The notes beneath the pieces are model-generated. The model was not told the DNA's origin. It worked only from the letters and a program-made list of their open reading frames with translations, and ran no database searches. Source: Candidatus Saccharimonadota bacterium (GTDB lineage: Archaea > Nanohalarchaeota > Nanosalinia > Nanosalinales > Nanosalinaceae). From it: DNA of 32,000 nucleotides. Location: the NCBI GenBank assembly GCA_001761425.1, contig CP012986.1, positions 870,001 through 902,000 of the forward strand, read 5' to 3'. Below are positions 15,656 to 23,112 of the stretch, one piece after another; the first letter of the stretch is position 1; the number at the start of each line of letters is the position of its first letter. Both the position numbers and the translations under genes were made by a program.

Positions 15656-17808
15656 GGTTGATTGTCTATTTCAATCTCTCTCAGGGAGATGTTCCACGAT
15701 TCCTGTCTGATCTGGCCGTTCAACCTTGTCATTGCTTTCAAGGTATAGTTCCCGAGATTTTGTTCCTCCTCTATCTGAAGAGTTTTTACAGAAGTCTCGA
15801 AGTAGCCATCAGTTCCTGGAGTCACATTCAGCCTGGACTCAAACCCTCCTGTCCTGTTCTCGAGGTATACCTCAACGCGGTTGTGAGCTGTTCCGTTCAG
15901 GCCTATCTTCTGCCCAGGGTCCAGGATCGTGTCATTGATATCCATCAGAGATATATTTTTTCTTCCGAGGCCTTCTATGCCGTTGGCGTTTTCAGCTTCT
16001 GTCCGGTAATATTTTCTGCCTTTTGTGAAGGGTACATCAGCTGATAGAGAGGATCCTCCGGTACTGTTGGTAGTGAATGTTTGAGAGTATATTTCGTTTC
16101 CTGAACTGAGTACTGTCCAGTTTGCTTCTTCACCGGCATAATCTGTGGTCTCTGTTGCACCAGAGCCGTCTTCTTTTACAAGTTCAAGTATTGAATCAGC
16201 CTCCAGAATCTGTGAAGGTTTCAGTATGTAATCAGAGAACTGTTGAACCTGTATATTTCTGTGTGATATCTGAAATGTCTCTGTAATTGTGTTACCTGAG
16301 ATTGTTGATGAAACCTCCATAGTGTAGTTCCCAAGATCTTCTTTTTCATTTATGTCAAGGCTGTTGACAGTTATGTTGTAAAAGCCGTCTGATGACCTTG
16401 GTTCTGTTTCACCTACCGCAGTTCCGTTAATCTTTACAGTTACGGTCGATGATGCTGTGCCGTTCACCTTGATAGGTTCTTCAGTGTTGACTATACTTTG
16501 ATTGATGAATGCTGAGAACGCTATCTGGCTCTCGACGGTTCCCTTGGTTGATTCCTCTTCTTTTACCTGGTTAGAGTTCGCGTTTCCACCCCATCCATTG
16601 TTCGGTAAGTCGGATGATCCAGGTCCTGGATCCGCAGTTACGGAGAGGCTTTCATCTTTTATGGAGTATTCGTAGTAGACATGTCCTCCACCTCCACCTC
16701 CGCCGAATGCGTCCTGTCCGCGGTCTATCTTCTCCATGTAGGTTCCTCCATCAGCCCTGACTTCTCCGTCGCCGAAGATTCCTCCTGAAGAAATCCATAT
16801 CGATCCTCCAGCTCCTCCACCCGGAGAGTACCCGGAAGAACCGAAGGAACCTCCTCCATCAAGTCCATTGGATAACACATTACCTGTGATGTTCACTTTG
16901 TTGCTTGCTACAAGCTTGATCGTTCCTCCACCGGATCCCATTCTGATATCATTCGGATTATTCTTCCTGTACTCGTCATTTGTCTCAATCCAGGCATCAG
17001 AATCTAGAGGATCCTGATCCGGGTCATCAAAATTCCCGTTGCCGTCCGTAGCATTCAGTATCTTCTGCCTCAGCTCACCGCCGTAATTGCCCGCTGAACC
17101 GTGACCTTCTTTATTGTCTACCCGAGAGAGTAGATATGTATCTATCTGTGCTCCTCCACCTGAACCGAAAGTACTGGGGTCCTCTGAAGTACCATAAGTA
17201 TTCGAGTTATCAGATCCGTACCCACCACCGTGACCGTAGTACTCACCGTTTTTGTACGAACCTCCTTTTCCACCGTGACCTCCGCCTCCTGCACCGGTGT
17301 TACTGTTCCCGTCACCGGAGACTCCTCCTCCAGGCCCACCTCCGAAACAGAAACCATCTGATGAAGAACCAAAGTTACAACTTCCCGAATTGGAGCTGGC
17401 TGACTGCCATCCAAGGCCTGAAGCATCTAGCACACCGCCTTCTTCGACTCTTATATTATACGCAGAGATGTTGATGTTAGCATGTACCGCACCGCCAGAT
17501 TTCACGATGAAATCTGCATCGTCCAGGGATACAGAGGCTCTTGGAGAATTACCTTCTTTCTTGTGATCGGTATAAAGCCTTCCTCCGGACTTAACAATAA
17601 TATCAGAGTCTCCTGTTGTCTCTTCGCCTGTAATATCCTGAGAACTTGTAATATTGCAGCTATCTCCTCCTGTCAGACTTCCAGAATCACAGGAAATCGC
17701 AGAAACAGGGCTTGCAAATACCACAAAAACCAGGATAGTCGCTAAGATAAATTTAGGTCCAGAACCGGTATAACTATGGTAGTCTATCGTCAAAAAGGAC
17801 ATCCTCAA
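15508..17808 (-). CDS. N-terminal part of the giant surface protein (signal/anchor helix, glycine-rich module, beta-sandwich repeats)
   Basis: 766-aa ORF (TTG at 17808, ATG at 17802). Hydrophobic N-terminus FILATILVFVVFASPVSA. Glycine-rich region. Two repeat units (IKVNGTASSTVTVKINGTAVGE...DGFYNITV...LGNYTMEV and IGLNGTAHNRVEVYLEN...DGYFETSV...LGNYTLKA) continue in the other frame toward 15133. Confidence 0.8.
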   Translation of the reverse strand: MRMSFLTIDYHSYTGSGPKFILATILVFVVFASPVSAISCDSGSLTGGDSCNITSSQDITGEETTGDSDIIVKSGGRLYTDHKKEGNSPRASVSLDDADFIVKSGGAVHANINISAYNIRVEEGGVLDASGLGWQSASSNSGSCNFGSSSDGFCFGGGPGGGVSGDGNSNTGAGGGGHGGKGGSYKNGEYYGHGGGYGSDNSNTYGTSEDPSTFGSGGGAQIDTYLLSRVDNKEGHGSAGNYGGELRQKILNATDGNGNFDDPDQDPLDSDAWIETNDEYRKNNPNDIRMGSGGGTIKLVASNKVNITGNVLSNGLDGGGSFGSSGYSPGGGAGGSIWISSGGIFGDGEVRADGGTYMEKIDRGQDAFGGGGGGGHVYYEYSIKDESLSVTADPGPGSSDLPNNGWGGNANSNQVKEEESTKGTVESQIAFSAFINQSIVNTEEPIKVNGTASSTVTVKINGTAVGETEPRSSDGFYNITVNSLDINEKEDLGNYTMEVSSTISGNTITETFQISHRNIQVQQFSDYILKPSQILEADSILELVKEDGSGATETTDYAGEEANWTVLSSGNEIYSQTFTTNSTGGSSLSADVPFTKGRKYYRTEAENANGIEGLGRKNISLMDINDTILDPGQKIGLNGTAHNRVEVYLENRTGGFESRLNVTPGTDGYFETSVKTLQIEEEQNLGNYTLKAMTRLNGQIRQESWNISLREIEIDNQPDFLLKPGEDLSFSNSSYLIKRTTDQEDQTVYPMITRASSSITSIKART
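16579..17601 (-). other. glycine-rich, probably beta-solenoid-like module
   Basis: Residues about 70-410 of the 766-aa ORF. Contains repeated IVKSGG(R/A) strands and tracts such as GGGPGGGVSGDGNSNTGAGGGGHGGKGGS, GSGGGTIKLVASNKVNITGNVLSNGLDGGGSFG, GGGAGGSIWISSGGIFGDGEVRADGG and FGGGGGGGH. Confidence 0.5.
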
Positions 17809-18007
17809 CTGTATACTGAATCATGTATTATCGTTAATTAAAGTAATCCCTTGGTCCAGTTTAGGCCTTTTCTTCATATCAAAAACCGGAAAGTTATGAA
17901 AATAAAAAGGAATGCGGGTGGAAGAGACCTCACAAATAGACTGGCCTAGGTAAAGATAATAAATCAGAAGTCCGCTAAACAGTATAAGAGGTGTCCTGAT
18001 AATCCAG

Positions 18008-18385
18008 TTGATCACTGCTCCCTTTTACCTGTTGATAATCCTGGCAGTGACGGCTATAGGCCTTGGATGCTTCAGAAAACCGGGAAAATATTTTTTGACC
18101 GCTGATTTACATGTGCTGATATTTCTGGAGAGGTTCAAGCTATACCTGTGGAAAAAGTATGAGTCACTTTACTGGAAGAGAAACGCCGATGTAGGCAGCC
18201 AGGAGCTGGGTTATCTAGAGGAAGTAAGCTCCTTGGAAAAGGAAAGAGAGGTCCTGAAATACAGGAAGGAGAAGCTTGAGAGGGAGATAGACCGGAGAAA
18301 AAAAGTTGCAGAAAGATACCGCACTGAGATAGAGGAAGCCAGTTTAATGATATCTGAGCTGGATAGGAAACTCCCTAGAGATTAG
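18008..18385 (+). CDS. hypothetical membrane-anchored coiled-coil protein
   Basis: 125-aa ORF with TTG start (no in-frame ATG near the 5' end). N-terminal TM helix FYLLIILAVTAIGLGCF, then a charged helical region (EKEREVLKYRKEKLEREIDRRKKVAERYRTEIEE). Confidence 0.45.
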   Translation: MITAPFYLLIILAVTAIGLGCFRKPGKYFLTADLHVLIFLERFKLYLWKKYESLYWKRNADVGSQELGYLEEVSSLEKEREVLKYRKEKLEREIDRRKKVAERYRTEIEEASLMISELDRKLPRD

Positions 18386-18397
18386 AAAGGCCTTGAA

Positions 18398-19027
18398 TTA
18401 TTCTTCCAGGTATTGATCCATGTTGTCATCTATGGCATCGATCTTTCTAGCCATTTTCCCTCTCTTCTCCTTGAGTTCTTTAATCTTACTCGTTACCTCT
18501 AATCTTTCATCAGTTAAACTCTCTATCTCCGAACTCAGTTCCTCTGTATCATTCTTAATCTTTCTCTTTCTCTCCTTCAAGGCCTTTATTTTCTCCTGAC
18601 CTTCCTTCCTCCTATCCCTCTGAAGATCAACCTGCCTTTTAACAGCTTTTTTCTTAGCTCTTAACTTTTCAAGCTCGTCCTTCCTATCCTGCCTTGGCTT
18701 CTCTTCATTTATAGAATCTTCTAATCTTTTCTCTATATCATCCAGGATCTCAAGTTTTTCATCAACTTTATCCAGGCTGAAATCCGTATTCCTTTCTTCC
18801 TTAAAGAAATCTAAGAGTTCCTCTCTACCTTTTAGCCTTATCTCTGCATCCAGGAGATCTCCAGCAGAGTAATCCGACTTTTCAAAATCTTCTTTTACTT
18901 TACCAGGATCCCTGTCAAGAAACTTCCGCAAACCACTGTCCACATCAGCATGAGACTTGGACTGATGTATATGGAGGCCTCTCTCCGAGTCAAACTCCTG
19001 ACCACAGAAATGACACTCCATAACCAA
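18398..19027 (-). CDS. C2H2 zinc-finger coiled-coil protein (third paralogue)
   Basis: 209-aa ORF. Likely start is the ATG at 19021 (MECHFCGQEFDSERGLHIHQSKSH = C-x2-C-x3-F-x5-L-x2-H-x4-H). The C-terminal half is a K/R/E-rich coiled coil resembling the C-terminus of 2580-3524. Confidence 0.75.
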   Translation of the reverse strand: MVMECHFCGQEFDSERGLHIHQSKSHADVDSGLRKFLDRDPGKVKEDFEKSDYSAGDLLDAEIRLKGREELLDFFKEERNTDFSLDKVDEKLEILDDIEKRLEDSINEEKPRQDRKDELEKLRAKKKAVKRQVDLQRDRRKEGQEKIKALKERKRKIKNDTEELSSEIESLTDERLEVTSKIKELKEKRGKMARKIDAIDDNMDQYLEE

Positions 19028-19044
19028 CTATTCCCCAAGAGCCC

Positions 19045-19053
19045 ATATAAAAA
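19045..19053 (-). promoter_or_regulatory. TATA-box candidate for 18398-19027
   Basis: The minus strand reads TTTTTATAT, centred about 28 nt upstream of the ATG at 19021. This spacing fits a leaderless or near-leaderless archaeal transcript. Confidence 0.35.
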
Positions 19054-19120
19054 TTCAGTTTCCCGGAAATCCTAAAAACTGGGGGAAAATTGCCTTCGGT
19101 AAATTTAACAGTATTCAGGT

Positions 19121-19243
19121 AGCCCCGAGAGGGATTTGAACCCTCGACCTGCTCCTTTCTTGCTTTGAGCACACTTTCAGTTGAAAGGTGCGGTAACCAT
19201 GCGGTACAAGGGAGCTGCTCTAGCCAGGCTGAGCTATCGAGGC
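19121..19243 (-). tRNA. tRNA-Thr(UGU) with a 48-nt intron at the canonical 37/38 position
   Basis: Hand-folded cloverleaf. Acceptor GCCUCGA/UCGGGGC (one G-U pair). D arm GCUC-AGCCUGGCUA-GAGC. Anticodon stem GCUCC/GGAGC with mature loop CUUGUAA. Variable loop AGGUC. T arm GAGGG-UUCAAAU-CCCUC. Discriminator U, CCA not encoded. Intron is CCGCAUGG...GCAAGAA. Isotype is less certain than the tRNA call. Confidence 0.8.
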
Positions 19244-19766
19244 CTGTAAGTAAATGATTTGGTGGAGTTAACTGTTAAATATGGTGGGCTGTTGACCCGG
19301 TAAGGCCTTCCAGCTTCTTGACTTTTTCATACCGGGTTTTTCCTGAAGCAGTGATTTATGTAGGTGTTTGACGCTGTTGCACAGATTAGAGGATTTTTCT
19401 CCAGTTCTTCTTTTCCGGTCTAAGGAGGATTCCGAATTTTTTACCTCAACAGGCCCAGCTTAAGGAAGAGCACTTAAAACTTCGGCTGATACCAGGGTTA
19501 AAGAATCTCTGATGAAAAAGGCCTTGGACAGTTAATAATGGCCGAAGTTGAAGCATTTTTTGGATAAAAACTCCAGCAAATTTGAGTTTCCTGAAAAAAG
19601 AATTTGCTTCAGATAGCAGTAAACTTTGATCATTTCAAAAAAGAAGCAAAAGAGGTCGGAAACAGCACTTAATGCAGATGTTTGGAGACCTGAGCCAATC
19701 GCTGAAGAACAGGTTCTTAGATAATAAAGAAGATTTAGGAAGGAAAAAACTGACTAAATTTTGAGG

Positions 19767-21074
19767 TTAAACCGTTTCGAGTTCTTTCCCTTCGCTTCTC
19801 CATCCTGTGATTCCTTCTTTCAGGTTGTATGCTTCGAAGTTTTCTCTCTGTAGTAAGGCGGCGAATTTCTTGGATTTTCTGCCTCCTGGACAGACCAATA
19901 GTATTTTCTGGTTCTGGGCGAAAGGCTTTCCTGTTTCTATTAGTTCTTTGAGTTTTTCTTCGGGTATGTTAATGGAGCCTGGTATATGTGCCATCTGGTA
20001 TGCTGGATTAGAGCGTGAGTCTACGATAATAGGTCTTTCTTCTTCTATCCATTCTTCTGCGTTCTCTACTGAAATTTCTGGGACTTGTTCAAGCTCTTCT
20101 TCCGTTAGTGTTTCTGTGCCTTCTCTTTTGTCTCCGCCGAAGATTTCTGGTTTTCTTTCCTTGATGTAGGAGCGGTAGTGTTCGAATCGGTCGCAGGCGA
20201 AGAATACCGCTGTTTTCTGCTCTTCTACTTCCTGGTCTATTTCGGAAAGCTTTCGTTTCAGCGCTACGAAGTTTGCTCCCGTGGTCGGACCTGCGAGAAC
20301 CCCACATTCCCTGATAAGTGTCAGCATTCCTTCTAAGGCGTCTTTAGAGTCGATTACTGCTCTGTCGCTGTAGAGTTCTTTCTCGTAGAGGCCTACTTCC
20401 CACATTTCGTTTGCGGTTCTAATGCCTGGAATGAAGTCGTCCTGTGATGACACTATGCCTGTTACTTCGAGATCCGAATTCTCTTCCTTGAGCTTCTGTG
20501 CCACTCCTTTTGTACTGCCTGTTGTTCCTAGGCCTCCGAAAAGATAATCGACTTTCCCGAGGTCATCCAATATCTCCTGTCCTGTCTGCTCTCTATGAAC
20601 CTTGGTGTTTTTTTGGTTAGTATACTGTCCTGCACGAAAGTATTCTTCGCCCTCTCTGTTCATTAAACGGTCAAGATGCGTCAACGGATCATCCGGGTCA
20701 TTCGGGTCGGGGCACTCACTTTTACCTGGAAGTTCCTCTATTTCTGCTCCCATCATGATGAGTATGTCCTTGACCTCATCGACTTTGATACGGTTGGTAA
20801 TGGTCTTAAAATCAAGTCCGTGCGTTCCTGCAATTCCCTGGATTGCTTTAGCCGTGTTTCCACTTGAGGACTCCAGAAGCGTCTGATTCTTTTCCTTGAT
20901 TTCATCTATGTCGTCTCTGATTAGTTCCCAGGCTACACGGTCTTTGATTGAGCCGAAAGGACTGTGATACTCCAGCTTGACATAGACATCGATATTCTTC
21001 AGCCCTGTGACTTCTTTATCGAGTTTCAGCATCGGGGTTTCGCCGATCAGCTCCGTTATTGAATCAACTTTCAT
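19767..21074 (-). CDS. fold-type II PLP enzyme (cysteine synthase/SbnA-like) fused to a C-terminal rhodanese domain
   Basis: 435-aa ORF. PLP-lysine motif SPFGSIKDR (K44), SSGNTAKA, and glycine loop GGLGTTGST. The C-terminal ~100 aa form a rhodanese-like domain (IIVDSRSNPAYQMAHIPGSINIP) with an intact active-site loop CPGGRKS (Cys codon 19890-19892). Confidence 0.85.
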   Translation of the reverse strand: MKVDSITELIGETPMLKLDKEVTGLKNIDVYVKLEYHSPFGSIKDRVAWELIRDDIDEIKEKNQTLLESSSGNTAKAIQGIAGTHGLDFKTITNRIKVDEVKDILIMMGAEIEELPGKSECPDPNDPDDPLTHLDRLMNREGEEYFRAGQYTNQKNTKVHREQTGQEILDDLGKVDYLFGGLGTTGSTKGVAQKLKEENSDLEVTGIVSSQDDFIPGIRTANEMWEVGLYEKELYSDRAVIDSKDALEGMLTLIRECGVLAGPTTGANFVALKRKLSEIDQEVEEQKTAVFFACDRFEHYRSYIKERKPEIFGGDKREGTETLTEEELEQVPEISVENAEEWIEEERPIIVDSRSNPAYQMAHIPGSINIPEEKLKELIETGKPFAQNQKILLVCPGGRKSKKFAALLQRENFEAYNLKEGITGWRSEGKELETV

Positions 21075-21088
21075 TTCTTCTTCGACCT

Positions 21089-21694
21089 TTAATGTTGGTA
21101 AGCTAATTTCATCAATGCTCTTGGATCATGTCCTTGGGTTGTATGTGGGTTGATATCATCTCCGTGAATCCCTAGTTGTCTTTCTATGCTATTTCTAAAG
21201 CTGTTTACATCATCATGTTCTGATTCCGGACCAATCCAAGCTGTGCTGCCCTCCAAAATTACCTCGTCTAGAGGTTCATTGGTTACTTGGTGATTCACTT
21301 GGAACCCAATTAAGGGTTCATTTCCTTCTGCCGAATCAAGATAGTCCTCTATTACTTCTTTATCATCTAGAGGGAACTCAATATCCGAAGAAACATCTTC
21401 AGGGTATCCTGGACCTACTAATGTCATTCTATTCAATTCAACATTAGGCACATAGTTGAGCTGTTTTTTCACAGCCCCGAGTCTTTCTAGATCATGGTTA
21501 TCATATTCCAGATGAACATTACCGACTGGAACCGAGTCTCCGATATATAACTCAGATCCCTGAACTCTCTGGAGAAAGGTTTCTGGATTTTCAGTTTTCA
21601 CAGAACTCTGTTCAGGATCTAGATATACTAGACCATCATTTATCTGGTTTTGAAAATATTCGTCTGTGTTTCCATATTCAAAGTTGAATTTCAT
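21089..21694 (-). CDS. hypothetical acidic protein, unknown family
   Basis: 201-aa ORF. Its start overlaps the stop of the upstream decarboxylase gene by 4 nt, and it ends 14 nt before the next gene start. His/Asp-rich patches (HLEYDNHD, ESEHDD, IHGDDINPHTTQGHD). No motif recognised. Confidence 0.65.
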   Translation of the reverse strand: MKFNFEYGNTDEYFQNQINDGLVYLDPEQSSVKTENPETFLQRVQGSELYIGDSVPVGNVHLEYDNHDLERLGAVKKQLNYVPNVELNRMTLVGPGYPEDVSSDIEFPLDDKEVIEDYLDSAEGNEPLIGFQVNHQVTNEPLDEVILEGSTAWIGPESEHDDVNSFRNSIERQLGIHGDDINPHTTQGHDPRALMKLAYQH

Positions 21695-23112
21695 TTTAGT
21701 ATTTCTTCACCTGTGTAGAGGCTGTCTTTCTTCCAGTTGTTGTCGCCGTGAACCGCTACTTTGTCAGCGGGTTCGTGCTGGATGGTTCTGGACTCTCCGA
21801 AGTCCATATGGTATGCTGCGGTGTTCACGAAAACTACCAAGTCGTCTTCTTCTGGTTTTTCGTTGAGGAAGGTCTTGTGTTTGTAGATGAAGTCTGATTC
21901 CAGGCAGAGGTTGCCAACGAAATATACTCCGCCTTCAAGTTCTTCTCTGTCTTCGTCTCTATGGATGATGTATGGGTCTACCATCAATTCCCAGTTCTGC
22001 GGGTTGATGTTTGACTCGTTCATATCAAGTCCGACCAGTTTTTCTCCTTCAGCGTCTTCCTTTACGAAGTTTACTTTGCCGACTGTTATGCCTGCTAAGT
22101 CGAGTAATGCTCTTCCTGGCTCGATGTAAAGCTCTATCATATAGTCCCTGAGAAGGTCTCTGAACGTTCTCTCATAGCCTGGTATTTCCCTGGAAAGGAG
22201 TTTGCAGAGGTAGTCATCTTTGGCTGTTTCGTTGTAGTAGCTGTAAAGGTCGACTGAGCCTTTCACGCTCTGGTTTTCGGAACGCAGTCCGAAACTGTGG
22301 CTGTTCCAGGTTATTCCTTCTCTCTTACCTGCTACAGATTCCTGAATCGCTTCCAGGTATTCGCTCCATTCCTCTCCGCTCTCCAAGTAGTTTACTTTCA
22401 TTCCGCCTCCGATATCCAGTATCTGCGTTTGGTATCCTGCTAAGTGGAACTCTTTCACCAGGTCGAAGATGTTCTGAAGAGCGATAGCCTTCTTCCGCAT
22501 ATTCGCAGTGTCCAGGTGAAACGCAAAGCCCTGGAAGTTCACTGAACCGTATTCATCGAGCTTTCGGATTATCTCTTCTTTCTTTTGTGTAGGTATTCCA
22601 AAACGTGAATGTTTCTGGATCGCTTTCCTGTCCGGTGGAACGAAGTTATTCAACCGGATCAGGACATCAGTTTCAGTATCAAACTGTTGGCTGTATTCTT
22701 CGACTTTTTCGAATTCTTCAAAGCTATCGATATGTAGTGTGGATCCGTGACGGACTGCCAAACGGAGAAATTTTCTGTTTTTCGGCCCCGTAGCGAGTAT
22801 CTCTTTTCCCTTGAATCCTTCCGACAAAGCGTTTTTGAGTTCGTTTTCCGACGCCACATCTATCCCTATATCCTCTTTTCTGCCTTGAACAATCAGCGAT
22901 TCTGATTTATTGGCCTTGTGGGCGAAGAATATTTTGCCCTCAATTCCGTGTTCATCAAAGACATCTCTGAATGCCTGAATATTTTTTGAAAAGTTTTCTG
23001 GCAGCATTATATTCAAAGGAGAGCCGAAGCCATCTGCCAGTTCTTTCAGCGTTTCTTCATCTTGAACGATTTTGTCTACTACTTTGTTGGTTTTCGGAGT
23101 CAGTTCCAGCAT
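21691..23112 (-). CDS. type III PLP-dependent decarboxylase (Orn/DAP/Arg decarboxylase fold)
   Basis: 473-aa ORF. FFAHKANK (PLP lysine K66), GFAFHLDT, ILDIGGG, IEPGRAL, and GNLCLESD (the G..C...D substrate loop). TAATG overlap with the upstream gene. Confidence 0.85.
   Translation of the reverse strand: MLELTPKTNKVVDKIVQDEETLKELADGFGSPLNIMLPENFSKNIQAFRDVFDEHGIEGKIFFAHKANKSESLIVQGRKEDIGIDVASENELKNALSEGFKGKEILATGPKNRKFLRLAVRHGSTLHIDSFEEFEKVEEYSQQFDTETDVLIRLNNFVPPDRKAIQKHSRFGIPTQKKEEIIRKLDEYGSVNFQGFAFHLDTANMRKKAIALQNIFDLVKEFHLAGYQTQILDIGGGMKVNYLESGEEWSEYLEAIQESVAGKREGITWNSHSFGLRSENQSVKGSVDLYSYYNETAKDDYLCKLLSREIPGYERTFRDLLRDYMIELYIEPGRALLDLAGITVGKVNFVKEDAEGEKLVGLDMNESNINPQNWELMVDPYIIHRDEDREELEGGVYFVGNLCLESDFIYKHKTFLNEKPEEDDLVVFVNTAAYHMDFGESRTIQHEPADKVAVHGDNNWKKDSLYTGEEILK

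Noticed and set aside
17136-17745. ORFs in other frames or on the other strand within the glycine-rich region (17136-17474, 17142-17426, 17297-17566, 17482-17745)
   Set aside because: The GGN-rich coding sequence is open in several frames. Only the 766-aa frame has a signal helix and continues into the repeat units.
17821-18015. 64-aa minus-strand ORF (GTG start) just upstream of the giant gene
   Set aside because: It is short, has a non-ATG start, and would occupy the promoter region of the giant gene and overlap the start of 18008-18385. It is hydrophobic but unsupported.
19440-19480. SRP-RNA helix-8-like string CAGGCCCAGCTTAAGGAAGAGCAC in the ORF-free spacer
   Set aside because: There is no GNAR tetraloop geometry, no complementary strand to build helix 8, no helix 5 or 6 elements, and the surrounding region is A/T-rich and unstructured-looking.
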